Assembly (NCBI GenBank): GCA_963665275.2
Contig: CAXXIN010000012.1
Span: 32,001 to 96,000 of the forward strand
Origin: Negativicutes bacterium
GTDB lineage: Bacteria > Bacillota > Negativicutes > UBA1444
Length of the DNA: 64,000 nucleotides
Direction of reading: 5' to 3'
Shown: one piece after another, positions 30,141 through 39,968 of the stretch
How the letters are laid out: the number at the start of each line of letters is the position of its first letter
How positions within the stretch are numbered: the first letter of the stretch is position 1
Translations under genes and position numbers: made by a program
Notes under the pieces: generated by a model
What the model was told of the DNA's origin: nothing
The model's input: only the letters and a program-made list of their open reading frames with translations
Database searches by the model: none

Positions 30141-30184
30141 CAAAAAAACAGGGTTGCCATCGCGGACAGCCCTGTTGCTTTTTT
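30141..30184 (-). terminator. Intrinsic terminator
   Basis: AAAAAACAGGGTTG...CAGCCCTGTT. Confidence 0.7.
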
Positions 30185-31043
30185 ATTCCCTGTTCTTGTA
30201 TGGTTTTCTCAGTTCAGCCAGTTCGTGTCGGTGCATCATGAAGTCGGCTTTGATCTGCTCGAGCCTCGCGCCGTGCTCCTGCATCCCGGATGGAGAAAAC
30301 CGGGGATGTTCGGGGGGCTGCCAGCGGCACTGAAGCATCGAGTCCGCCCCTTCCCCTGATGCCGTTATCTTGCCGATGGCTCCACAGAGTGTGCACCGAC
30401 TCCCGCCATCCACGGCAACTCTCAGCATGCCGCTGCCGCAGAACCCGCAGACGAGGTCCGACTCATCCACTGACTGTCGCAGCATCGCGGCATTGTTCTC
30501 AGGAAGCCTTTCGCCCAACAAAAGGCCGGCCAGTTCTCTCGCGCGCTTCAGGACTTCAGGCTGGACTACTTCGCCCGGGTTGGCGGCATGCACAGGCATC
30601 ACTCCAACCACTTCCAGATGAAGGAACCGCGCGAAACTCACAGTAGCCTCCACACCATATCCTTGCCAACCCTCGACTCCGTAAGGAACGGCAACCACGC
30701 AACGTCGCCCCGCATATTTTTCCGCTTCATTCAACACGCTGATGAAACGGTCGCATAAAAGCTTCAACCGGGTATGCATCCCGAGAAAATAAACCGGAGC
30801 CGCTATAATCACTGCATCGGATTCTCTGACCTGCTGCAAAAAAGCATCGTAGTCATCCTGAATCACGCAGTCACAACCGGACGGCAGACAGGCATAGCAG
30901 GCCTTGCACGGCTCTATATTGAAATCAGCCAGCCGTATCATTTTTTTCTCTACCGATTCCGGCAGAGCCGCCAGCATTTCCCTGGCCAGTATCTCCGAGT
31001 TACCCGTTTTTCGAGCTGATGCCACAATCGCCAGCACTTTCAT
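30183..31043 (-). CDS. Flavodoxin/iron-sulfur flavoprotein family with C-terminal CxxC..CxxC domain
   Basis: SARKTGNSE, CKACYAC...C, APVYF; CGFC and CTLC. Confidence 0.85.
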   Translation of the reverse strand: MKVLAIVASARKTGNSEILAREMLAALPESVEKKMIRLADFNIEPCKACYACLPSGCDCVIQDDYDAFLQQVRESDAVIIAAPVYFLGMHTRLKLLCDRFISVLNEAEKYAGRRCVVAVPYGVEGWQGYGVEATVSFARFLHLEVVGVMPVHAANPGEVVQPEVLKRARELAGLLLGERLPENNAAMLRQSVDESDLVCGFCGSGMLRVAVDGGSRCTLCGAIGKITASGEGADSMLQCRWQPPEHPRFSPSGMQEHGARLEQIKADFMMHRHELAELRKPYKNRE

Positions 31044-31110
31044 CCTTGGAATCCCCCCTGATTCGATCCTATCTTTCCTGATTTCATACACTTACTGCAC
31101 ACACCCCATG

Positions 31111-31875
31111 CTATTGCGCGGTCCAGCCGCCATCGACAGTCAGCGTTTGGCCGGTCATATAGTCAGACGCATCCGAGGCCAGGAACCAAACGGCCCCCAC
31201 CATGTCGGAAACCTGACCCAGGCGGCCATTGGGAATCTTGCGCAGCGTCGCGTTGAAAATTTTCTCATCTTTCATGGCTTCTTCATTGATCGAGGTCAGC
31301 ACAAAACCCGGACACAGGGCATTGACCTGAATGTTGTGCCGCGCCCATTCCAGCGCCAGCGCACGAGTCACTCCGATCACCCCAGACTTCGCCGCGCAGT
31401 AAGTCAACGTGAGTTTTTGCCCCACTTGCCCCATGATGGAAGCAGTATTAATGATTTTTCCGCGCTGCTGACGGATCATCCGCAAGCCTGCGCGTTGCGA
31501 GCAAAAGAATACGCTCTTTAGATCAAGGTCCAGCACTTGGTCCCATTCAGCCTCTGTAATGTTTTCCGCTTTATGGGTCAGGGCGCTGCCGGCATTGTTC
31601 ACCAGAATGTCGATGCGCCCGAAAGCGTCCTCTGTCAGTTGCATCAGACGTTCCACCTCAGCCACTTTGGTCACATCGGTCGGCGCCGCCAAGGTTTTCA
31701 CCCCCATCGCTGCCAATTCCGCCGCCGCCAGATTGCACGCCGCCTTATTTCGGCCAACCACAACAACCGAGGCGCCTGCCAGTCCCAGACATTCGGCGAT
31801 CCCTCTGCCGATGCCTCGCGTCGAACCGGTTACGATAGCCACCCTCCCTGTCAGATCAAACAAATTTGCTTTCAT
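31111..31875 (-). CDS. Short-chain dehydrogenase/reductase (KduD/Gno-like)
   Basis: TGSTRGIG, NNAG, YCAAK, DGGW. Confidence 0.92.
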   Translation of the reverse strand: MKANLFDLTGRVAIVTGSTRGIGRGIAECLGLAGASVVVVGRNKAACNLAAAELAAMGVKTLAAPTDVTKVAEVERLMQLTEDAFGRIDILVNNAGSALTHKAENITEAEWDQVLDLDLKSVFFCSQRAGLRMIRQQRGKIINTASIMGQVGQKLTLTYCAAKSGVIGVTRALALEWARHNIQVNALCPGFVLTSINEEAMKDEKIFNATLRKIPNGRLGQVSDMVGAVWFLASDASDYMTGQTLTVDGGWTAQ

Positions 31876-31915
31876 TTCATTCTTCCTTTCTGCACCCGCC
31901 GTGGCGGATCGCTTA

Positions 31916-33108
31916 TCAACTTCTGCCCGGTTTTGCCCAGGCATCGACCGGATAGCCGCGCACTTCCCAGTACCCTTTGTGCGGCGCGTCGGCAAGCTCC
32001 ATTCCCACCAGCCACTTAACGGCTTTGTACGCATACATCTGCGGTATCACCAACCGGACCGGGCCGCCCAAGTCGGAGGGAATTTCGCTTCCATCCAGCA
32101 GCACCGCCGCCATTACATCCGGCAAGCGCGCTTGCTCCAACGATAAAGCATCGGTATAAATCTTTTCGGCGGAATAAAATTTCACATACTTTGCCTGAGG
32201 TTTCACCCCGACCCGCTCCAGCAAATCAGACAGGCGGACGCCCTCGTATGTGATCGTGTACACCGACCAGCCTTCGACGCAGTGAAAATCGCTGACCTGG
32301 ACCACCCGCGGCAATTTCAAAAACTCTTCCCAACTGAAAGTCTGAGGCTTTTCCACCAGACCGTTCACCGTGAACTTCCAGTCAGCACTCGTTGTACAAG
32401 GAATCTGCGGGTCAATTTTATATACTTTGAACTTCCCTGTGTACCCGCCGCCTTTGGGTGGTGAGGATTCCGGCAGCGGGCTGGGCGCCGGGGTCATCTT
32501 GTTGCACTGGGCAAATATCGCCAACGTTTCGGTTTTGATGGTCTCAGCATGTTGCCCGAGCCATTTCCAAGCCACGCCAACACCGGCGAACAAGATGCCC
32601 CCGATAACATAGCGCAAAAAACTGCGTCTTCCAGAGTTCGGCTCTGCCGCGACTGTATTTTCTACTGCGGCAGACTGTCGCCGCCGCTTCACAATTGAGT
32701 AAAACAAGTGGGGTGAAACGATCAGCGCCCCGAAAAGAGCTGTAACCATGTGCATTTCATATAGTTGGGAACTTCCCTGGCCCAACCAACCCAGCAGCAA
32801 CGCCGCAAGTAATCCGCCGCCCGAGATAATTAATCCCGCACCGACAACCAGCAACAGCCATAAATATTCCCGGCGATTGAGTCCATCAGGGGCTCCGCAC
32901 CGAAATGCCCACAGATAAGGAATGTTGGCGAAAAACCCTACGATGAACAACGTTCCGGCAGCCAGATGAAAGCCCCGCAACGCGAATCGAAAATCGGAGA
33001 TAGAACCTCGAAGCGCTTCACTGTGGGAAGCGTCATTAAAGCGCCTGTAAGCGCCAAAATCACAAATAGAATGCCCAACAGTTGATGCAACCGGCGTTGA
33101 GCCTTCAT
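31916..33108 (-). CDS. Sulfite-oxidase/MsrP-family molybdoprotein with N-terminal cytochrome b-like membrane domain; probable frameshift near 33025
   Basis: DFHCVEGW, GGPVRLVIP, YKAVKW, GYWE..GY. ATG 33108 behind AAGGGGG gives MKAQRRLHQLLGILFVILALTG in another frame. Confidence 0.82.
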
Positions 33109-33282
33109 TCAAATCCGCCCCCTTTTCGATTTGAAAATTTCGAAAACCATTCACTATTTGGCATATTACGCAATCCTTAGTAAATTCATCTCCTCCAGTC
33201 CAAATTCCTGTCTGACCATAGTATATTCGGCAGATTTATCCATCCACAATCAAGTTAACCTTCATTATTCTTCATAAAACCT

Positions 33283-33315
33283 GCCTGTTTCGCTGTCAGC
33301 GGGGCAGGCTTTTTT
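33283..33315 (+). terminator. Orphan intrinsic terminator between divergent genes
   Basis: GCCTGTTTCGCT-GTC-AGCGGGGCAGGC-TTTTTT. Confidence 0.7.
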
Positions 33316-33316
33316 C

Positions 33317-33345
33317 TTGCCATGCATCGGCAAATATTATAAAAT
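33317..33345 (+). promoter_or_regulatory. SigmaA promoter of the aminotransferase
   Basis: TTGCCA-N17-TAAAAT. Confidence 0.7.
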
Positions 33346-33391
33346 GTCATCGTATATTGTGCAAATGTTCATCAGAAAAGGAGTCTTGCCA

Positions 33392-34552
33392 ATGCGTCCG
33401 TTTTCGAAACTTACTCAGGGCCTTCTCGGGCAACCCATGCTGGAAATTTTGTCTACCGTCACAGCAATGGAAGCGGCCGGTCGCAAAGTGTACCGGTTTG
33501 AAGTCGGCGATTCTGATTTCGACGCACATCCTCATATCATTGAAGCAACCAAGGCGGCTTTGGACGCTGGCCACACCCGATATGTCAACTCTATGGGCAT
33601 CGAGCCTCTACGCCAATCCATCTGCACTTACATCGAGCGCGGCTGGGGCTTCAGGCCGGACCTGGACCAAATCGTCGCAATGCCCTCCAACAGCATCATC
33701 GACTTCGTTGTCCGGTGTCTGGTCGATCCCGGCGATGAGGTTATCTTTCCCGATCCCGGCTTTCCTTCTTATTTTGCCGTTACCAATTATCTCGGCATCA
33801 AGGATGTTCGGGTACCTGTTTATGAGAGCAACGGCTTCCGCCTAAATCCTGACGACCTGGAAGCAAAAATCACTGATAAAACGAAACTGATCATCGTAAA
33901 CACCCCACAAAATCCTACCGGCGCCGTTATGACCGAAGAAGAAGCGGCACAGATCGCAGCTATCGCGAAAAAACACGATCTATGGCTGCTTAGCGATGAA
34001 ATGTACTCCGAAAACCTCTACGAAGGATTGCGGCATTTCTCTCCCGCCTCCCTGGATCAGTGCCGCGAACGCACCATTATCCTCCACGGATTTTCCAAAG
34101 GATTTTCGATGTCGGGCTGGCGTCTCGGCTATGCCGTCGGCCCAGCGCCACTCATGGCCAAAATGGGGACGATGTTTCAGACCATTTACTCCTGCGTGCC
34201 GCCCTTTATCCAATATGCCGGCATCAGCGCACTCGAAGGCGACCCGAAGCTGCTGCGTGACCGTATGAAATTTTACCAACACCTGCGGGATGTCATGGTC
34301 GGGGCTCTGAATACGATTCCGGGCATATCCTGCCCTGCCCCCAAAGGCGCGATCTACGCGTTTCCCAACATCAAGGGAACCGGACTCACCAGCCAGGAGT
34401 TCGCCAAAACCGTATTGGAAAAAGCGGGAGTCGCTACCGTTCCCGGCACCTGTTTCGGCCCGGGCGGCGAAGGCTACGTCCGTTTCTGCTACCTGCGCGA
34501 AGAAGCGATGCTGCTGGAAGCGTGCGAAAAGATGCGCCAGGCGTTGGCCTAA
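33392..34552 (+). CDS. PLP-dependent aminotransferase class I/II (AspC-like)
   Basis: NTPQNPTG, SDEMY, FSKGFSMSGWRLGY. Confidence 0.93.
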   Translation: MRPFSKLTQGLLGQPMLEILSTVTAMEAAGRKVYRFEVGDSDFDAHPHIIEATKAALDAGHTRYVNSMGIEPLRQSICTYIERGWGFRPDLDQIVAMPSNSIIDFVVRCLVDPGDEVIFPDPGFPSYFAVTNYLGIKDVRVPVYESNGFRLNPDDLEAKITDKTKLIIVNTPQNPTGAVMTEEEAAQIAAIAKKHDLWLLSDEMYSENLYEGLRHFSPASLDQCRERTIILHGFSKGFSMSGWRLGYAVGPAPLMAKMGTMFQTIYSCVPPFIQYAGISALEGDPKLLRDRMKFYQHLRDVMVGALNTIPGISCPAPKGAIYAFPNIKGTGLTSQEFAKTVLEKAGVATVPGTCFGPGGEGYVRFCYLREEAMLLEACEKMRQALA

Positions 34553-34580
34553 ACCTTGCACTTCGGGACCGGTAAACGAA

Positions 34581-34628
34581 GGCCGTCTCAAAGCAGGTTG
34601 CAAAACCTGTTTTGAGACGGCCCTTTTT
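34581..34628. terminator. Intrinsic terminator between convergent genes
   Basis: GGCCGTCTCAAAGCAGGTT/AACCTGTTTTGAGACGGCC. Confidence 0.8.
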
Positions 34629-34654
34629 AGTCGACATACCTTTTTGCAAAAAGC

Positions 34655-35815
34655 TCAGCTGATTTCCCTGTTCACTACCGGAATCGTTAACAGCAACAAC
34701 GTTCCTGCAAACATCAGCAACGATCCTGCAACAATTGCCGCAGCCAGCGAGCCGGTCTGGTCACGCAGAAAGCCCGAAACCACCGGCGCCACTACTGCGG
34801 AAAACATGATGGCGCAGTTGAAAATCCCCACGGAGGCCCCTGTGAGTCCAGGGTGACGCCGTTCCACAATATCAACAGACCAGGTAAGCATCGAAGGCAC
34901 AAAAGCGGTATTGCTCAACATACCAAACAAAACGAGCATCCCGATCAAAGCCACGTGCCCTTCTAATACCGAGAGAAGCAATAATGCTATTGCTCCTGCC
35001 GGCAAAACAACAGCCGCAATTTTTTTGCGTCCAAAGCGATCCGCCAGCCGTCCCCAGAAAATCGACGCCGGTATGGCGCTTACGGCAATCAGACCGGTAT
35101 AAAAGCCGGATGCCCCCAGCGAAAACCCCCGTTCCACTTTCAGGAAAGTCGGCCCCCAGGTGACAGCGACCCAAAATCCATACAAGGCGGTAAAAGTTGC
35201 CAAGTTGATCCGCCATAAGTCCCAATCCAGCAAAATTGCCCGATACTGAGCCCAAGCCGGGGTCGGGGCTCCGCTAGTGTCCGGCAGATATTTGTAAAAC
35301 AAAAACCACATCAGAACTGTTGGAAGCGCCATCAGCAAAATAGGAATCCTTATGCTATGAAACAGTTCAAACAATGTGCCACCGGCGGTCATGCCAGTCA
35401 ACAGTCCAACAGCCATCCCGATCCCGATCAGCGCCGAACTCAATGCCCGCCTGCCCGGTTCCGTTTTTTGCATCACCATGCCAAACGAAGAGGGGTAGAA
35501 TCCTCCGGCGCCCAGTCCGTGCAAGGCCATGAAGACCAGCATCGCGGTATAATTTCCTACTGACAGCGCCATCCCAATCGCGCCTATCGAAGACAAGGCA
35601 TATGTCCAAAGCAGAACCCGCTTCATGCCGAACCGGTCGCCCAGTATCCCGGCGGGAATCTGTAACAAAAGGTACGTCAGGAAATATACCCCCGTCAGTA
35701 ATCCAGCATCAGCGGAAGACAGGGAATATTCAGCGGCAATGATGGACAATAACGGGTAGATAACCGTACGATTCGCATATGTCAGAGCCCAACCGGCTGC
35801 AAGAAGCATCAACAT
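34655..35815 (-). CDS. MFS transporter
   Basis: GILGDRFGMKR and GRLADRFGRKK motif A; about 12 TM. Confidence 0.92.
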   Translation of the reverse strand: MLMLLAAGWALTYANRTVIYPLLSIIAAEYSLSSADAGLLTGVYFLTYLLLQIPAGILGDRFGMKRVLLWTYALSSIGAIGMALSVGNYTAMLVFMALHGLGAGGFYPSSFGMVMQKTEPGRRALSSALIGIGMAVGLLTGMTAGGTLFELFHSIRIPILLMALPTVLMWFLFYKYLPDTSGAPTPAWAQYRAILLDWDLWRINLATFTALYGFWVAVTWGPTFLKVERGFSLGASGFYTGLIAVSAIPASIFWGRLADRFGRKKIAAVVLPAGAIALLLLSVLEGHVALIGMLVLFGMLSNTAFVPSMLTWSVDIVERRHPGLTGASVGIFNCAIMFSAVVAPVVSGFLRDQTGSLAAAIVAGSLLMFAGTLLLLTIPVVNREIS

Positions 35816-35821
35816 CCAAAT

Positions 35822-36706
35822 TTATTCCTTTTCAAATGATTTCATCACTGCCTGCTGCAGGTCCGGCTGGCGAAATAAATAGTGTATTTCCTGCAAGCGT
35901 TCCGGTAAAACCCGCTGCCCCTGCAGAATCAGTTCATCCGCCATTTCACCGAATAAAAGCCGCAGCGGCAAAGCCGGAACGCGCAGCCAGGAAGGGCGTC
36001 TGAGCGCCACCCCGATGGCTGCCGCCATTTCATCCATAGTCGCCGGTTTTGGCGCCGTTACATTATAAGAATCCTGCATCGCTGAATCAGTGAGGGCATT
36101 GATAATCACCGCCACTACGTCATCCCGATGGATCCAGGAAATCCACTGTCGGCCGCTGCCAGCCGGGCCTCCGGCGAAAAACCGAAAGGGCGGGGCTAGC
36201 TTTGCGAGAAAGCCTCCGGGTCCAAGAACAACCCCAAGTCGTAGAATGACACATCTAACGCCAGATTGCTGCACGCGACACGCTTCCTGTTCCCAATCCT
36301 TTGCCACCTGGGACAGCCAACTGTTTCCGGCCCGACTCTGTTCGGTAAAATTCTCAGATGGGTGAGTGCCATAATAACCGACCGCTGAAAAACTGATTAA
36401 GGTTTTCGGCGGCTCTTTTCCTTTGGCCGCCAAATCCAGACAGGCGTCCACTAGGCTCCGGGTGAGGGGGATACGGCTGTCCCTTATTTTCTTTTTATAG
36501 ACATCTGTCCAGCGGCTGCCGGCAATACTTTCGCCCGCCATATTGATAATGGCCTCGATGCCTGTCAACGTCTCGGGCGGAATAGGCCGTCCAGGCGCAG
36601 GAACATCACGGCGGGTCAGAAGCACGACTTCATGCCCCTGACCCTGCAATGCGCTAACCAACGTTTTGCCGATAAACCCGGTTCCGCCAGTCACCAGAAT
36701 ACGCAT
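35822..36706 (-). CDS. TIGR01777-family NAD-dependent epimerase/oxidoreductase
   Basis: TGGTGFIG, INMAGESI, SAVGYYG, GSGRQWISWIH. Confidence 0.9.
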   Translation of the reverse strand: MRILVTGGTGFIGKTLVSALQGQGHEVVLLTRRDVPAPGRPIPPETLTGIEAIINMAGESIAGSRWTDVYKKKIRDSRIPLTRSLVDACLDLAAKGKEPPKTLISFSAVGYYGTHPSENFTEQSRAGNSWLSQVAKDWEQEACRVQQSGVRCVILRLGVVLGPGGFLAKLAPPFRFFAGGPAGSGRQWISWIHRDDVVAVIINALTDSAMQDSYNVTAPKPATMDEMAAAIGVALRRPSWLRVPALPLRLLFGEMADELILQGQRVLPERLQEIHYLFRQPDLQQAVMKSFEKE

Positions 36707-36725
36707 TCCGGTCACTCTCCCTCGC

Positions 36726-37871
36726 CTATCCTTGACTCCACTCCACCCAGGCCGCACCTACCGCCGCCCCTTGCTGCACCTTTACGCCAAGCGCCGTTAA
36801 CGTTCTTTCCAATGCATAGAGGGTCAATACCAGTTCATTGATGCATATGTTTCCCATATGACCAACCCGGAAGATCTTGCCTTTTAACGGGCCGACGCCG
36901 CCTGCGACAATGATATCGTATTCTTCCATTTTGGCCCGGAAGGCCACATCATCCATTCCTTCGGGGTATTTGATGACAGAGAGCGTCGGAGCGACTGCGT
37001 CTGTTTCTGTGACGAGCGTAAGCCCCAACGCCTTCAGACCGGCCCGAAAACTACGGGCAATCTTTTCATGGCGGGCATACCGCACTTCCAACCCTTCCTC
37101 CAGAATGATCTGCACCGCTTTCGCCAAGGCCTGGATAAGATTCACCGGTGGAGTCGAAAAATACATGGAGGGATTGTCCATAACCGGCAGCCAGTTTTTC
37201 CAGTCCACGTAATAACCGGCCACCGTTCCAAGAGATTCCCGGCGAGCCAGCGCTTTTTCATTGAAAGCCACGATGGTCAGTCCCGGCGGTGTGCCAAAAG
37301 CCTTTTGGCTCGTGGTGATGACGACGTCGATCCCAAAATCTTTCATCGGTTCCGGAATACCGGCGCTCGCACAAACTCCGTCCAGAATGAACAGCGTATC
37401 GTATTTTTTCGCCAGTGCCGCGACTTCCTTGACCTGTCCCATGACCCCGGTCGAAGTGTCCACATGCGTCAACGTCAGCGCCGCATATTTCTTCGACTTC
37501 AGTTTTGCCTCAATGTCGGAGAGGGAAACCCGCGCACCTGCAGGCGCCGTCAAGACATCCGGCACGATCCCCAATGCCTTGGTCAATGGCACAAAACGCT
37601 CGCCAAAATAGCCCTGCGTAATGACGAGAACTTCTTCTCCCGCCCGTACGGTGTTGATGAGGCCCATCTCCATGGAAAGAGTTCCTGCTCCGCCGATTGC
37701 CACTACATGATCAGCCTGGAAGATTGTTTTCAGTCCCGCCAGACAATCTTTATAGATCGTCACGAACGGGCCGTAAGTGTGCCCGTATGTCGGCCCGGCC
37801 AACGCCTGCCTGATCGGTTCGGCCACCGGCGTCGGTCCGGGAATCATCACCAAAGGATTCTGTCTGATCAT
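36726..37871 (-). CDS. Class V aminotransferase (serine/alanine-glyoxylate type)
   Basis: MIPGPTP, HVDTSTG, SQKA..PPG, FRVGHMG. Confidence 0.92.
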   Translation of the reverse strand: MIRQNPLVMIPGPTPVAEPIRQALAGPTYGHTYGPFVTIYKDCLAGLKTIFQADHVVAIGGAGTLSMEMGLINTVRAGEEVLVITQGYFGERFVPLTKALGIVPDVLTAPAGARVSLSDIEAKLKSKKYAALTLTHVDTSTGVMGQVKEVAALAKKYDTLFILDGVCASAGIPEPMKDFGIDVVITTSQKAFGTPPGLTIVAFNEKALARRESLGTVAGYYVDWKNWLPVMDNPSMYFSTPPVNLIQALAKAVQIILEEGLEVRYARHEKIARSFRAGLKALGLTLVTETDAVAPTLSVIKYPEGMDDVAFRAKMEEYDIIVAGGVGPLKGKIFRVGHMGNICINELVLTLYALERTLTALGVKVQQGAAVGAAWVEWSQG

Positions 37872-37939
37872 TTCACTACACTCCTTTGTCTTCATAATTG
37901 GCACAGCCCAGCAGTTCTTCTTTTCTCGTTTTTTGACCA

Positions 37940-38353
37940 TTATCCTGCCGAATTTCCAACAGTTTTCTGAGGCTTATCGATTTTCTCACGAACCTCCACG
38001 ATCAGCGGGCAACCGATATTGCAACGCCCGCAGCCGATGCACCCGCCGACCTTGCGGCGGACTGTCACATAATCCTCTCCCTCAACTTCCATCTGCCGAT
38101 CCATCCATCCTTTCACATATACCAACGCCAATAGACAAATCAGGGTAAATACGTTGGCAAAAAAAACCGAGGGACTAGCCATATAGTAGCCATAAACCAT
38201 CCAGAGAAAAACACCCGAAGACATCATGACCAACCAGATCCAGGACAGATCTCCGGTTGACCTGCTACGCACCGTTTTGGCAACCTGCGGCAAAAACGCG
38301 CAGGTCGTCAGGGCCCCTGCCACAATACCTATCCATTCAACAGTCATTTTCAT
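37940..38353 (-). CDS. SemiSWEET (PQ-loop) transporter with C-terminal CxxCxxCxxxCP extension
   Basis: AGALTTCAFLPQ...STGDLS...LW.VYG...AN; tail GGCIGCGRCNIGCP. Confidence 0.85.
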   Translation of the reverse strand: MKMTVEWIGIVAGALTTCAFLPQVAKTVRSRSTGDLSWIWLVMMSSGVFLWMVYGYYMASPSVFFANVFTLICLLALVYVKGWMDRQMEVEGEDYVTVRRKVGGCIGCGRCNIGCPLIVEVREKIDKPQKTVGNSAG

Positions 38354-38377
38354 ACCCCGCTTTGTAAATCATCCTAT

Positions 38378-39280
38378 TCATGGAGTGGAGAAGCCTTTGA
38401 AAAAATTCCAGATCAGGGTATTAGCATCGATATCCTTGGAGGTTTTTCCAATAAACGGCTCAGGCAGATACTGATATCCACCCGGCCAGGTATGTCCGCC
38501 GCCTTCGATGGCAACCAAGGTCACATCAGCTTTGTCGCCGCAATCGGCAAATAGCTCCAGACGCACCCGAGTACCGTCTTGGGGGTCGCGGTCCGGTTCG
38601 CTCATTACCAGGGGCGCCCCTTTGCAAAGATTACGCGATGCCCAGAAACGGGCGGTTTCGGCAGCAGACACCACCTTGCCGAATTCTTCGAAGCCGGCCA
38701 CCGCGCCTCCTCCCCAGGGAATAATCGGATCTGCCGTTCCATGAATGACCATGACGGGTACCGGTCGTGACGGCTTGCACACAGTTGCCATTCCAGCCGG
38801 CATCGTGCCTGCCACTGTCGCAATGGCCGCCACCCGGTTCGAATATTCGCAGGCCATGCGTTGCGCCATCATTCCTCCGTTTGAAATCCCTGCCATATAT
38901 ACGCGTTTTTTGTCGACTCTGGATTCAGCCGCCAGTTTATCCACGATGGCCAGCAAAAATCCGGCATCGTCCACCGTCCCGTCCTGTTCATTCCAACGGC
39001 GCTCCAATGCATCCGGGTATACGACGATGAACTTTTCCTTATCGGCGATGCGTTCAAACCCTCTTTGCGTCACCGTCATCATCACCTCGCCGTTGCCGGC
39101 GCTGCCGTGCAAAACGAACAGAAGCGGCGCCGGGATATTTTTATCGGACCCTGGCGGGGTATAGATCAAAAAAGTCCGTGTAACGCCGTCCAGCACGACC
39201 TCGGACGCCACCGGCTCAGCCGCGTATACTGTCACACCATACACCAGCAGCATGGCCAACAATAGAATTCGACTCCGCAC
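38378..39280 (-). CDS. Secreted PHB-depolymerase/LpqC-family esterase
   Basis: Signal peptide, LHG, GISNGG, HGTADP, GGGHTWPG. Confidence 0.9.
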   Translation of the reverse strand: MRSRILLLAMLLVYGVTVYAAEPVASEVVLDGVTRTFLIYTPPGSDKNIPAPLLFVLHGSAGNGEVMMTVTQRGFERIADKEKFIVVYPDALERRWNEQDGTVDDAGFLLAIVDKLAAESRVDKKRVYMAGISNGGMMAQRMACEYSNRVAAIATVAGTMPAGMATVCKPSRPVPVMVIHGTADPIIPWGGGAVAGFEEFGKVVSAAETARFWASRNLCKGAPLVMSEPDRDPQDGTRVRLELFADCGDKADVTLVAIEGGGHTWPGGYQYLPEPFIGKTSKDIDANTLIWNFFKGFSTP

Positions 39281-39287
39281 AGATACT

Positions 39288-39968
39288 TCAGCTCCCCTCT
39301 TTTGCAAATCGAACCCAAATGGATGTCAGCACCCGAACCGGTTTTTGTCCCTGTGGTTGACGAGCTGGTTCGAACCTCCATCGCGACACATTTTCCCGGG
39401 CCGCTTCATCCAAAATCTTCGACCCACTCGAGCGACCGAGAACAATTTTGCCGACACTGCCATTTTCCAGCACTTCCACGCTCAGCAGCACGTCGCCTGT
39501 CAATGCGCCTCTTGCTGCTTCCGGAGCCAGCAGTGGCGGTCGTTCTTTGATCTTGGGCGGAATCAGTGCGAATCCACTTGACTCTCCTTCGATCGGGTCT
39601 AACGGTCTTTCAGAAGAATTCTGCGCACCTACAGGTCCAGTTGCAACCTCCGGTGTTTTGGGGGGTGGGACAGGTTTTTGCGAGGGGGTCCCCGTTGCAT
39701 CCGCCGGCGCCGCTTTGCTTTCCTGTCCCGGAACGGATAAATCCGACGGTGCCGGAGTTGACGCGGAACCTTGTTTTTGAGCAGGTTTATCGGGCGCCGG
39801 CTTCTCGGGAGTCGGCGCACTCCATGTCCATTCCACCTCAGGTTCGACGGTTGGCATCGGCGAGAACATCCACGTTCCCCAAAAAAGCACTCCGGCCAGA
39901 ACATGCAGACTCAGCGAAACTCCGAGTGCAATCCAAAAATCATGGGATGCCGCTCCCCTCCGTCTCAC
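39288..39968 (-). CDS. tonB: Energy transducer TonB
   Basis: N-terminal SLSLH TM, Pro-rich linker, SSG..ILD.AA...V..WRFEPA. Confidence 0.9.
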   Translation of the reverse strand: MRRRGAASHDFWIALGVSLSLHVLAGVLFWGTWMFSPMPTVEPEVEWTWSAPTPEKPAPDKPAQKQGSASTPAPSDLSVPGQESKAAPADATGTPSQKPVPPPKTPEVATGPVGAQNSSERPLDPIEGESSGFALIPPKIKERPPLLAPEAARGALTGDVLLSVEVLENGSVGKIVLGRSSGSKILDEAARENVSRWRFEPARQPQGQKPVRVLTSIWVRFAKEGS

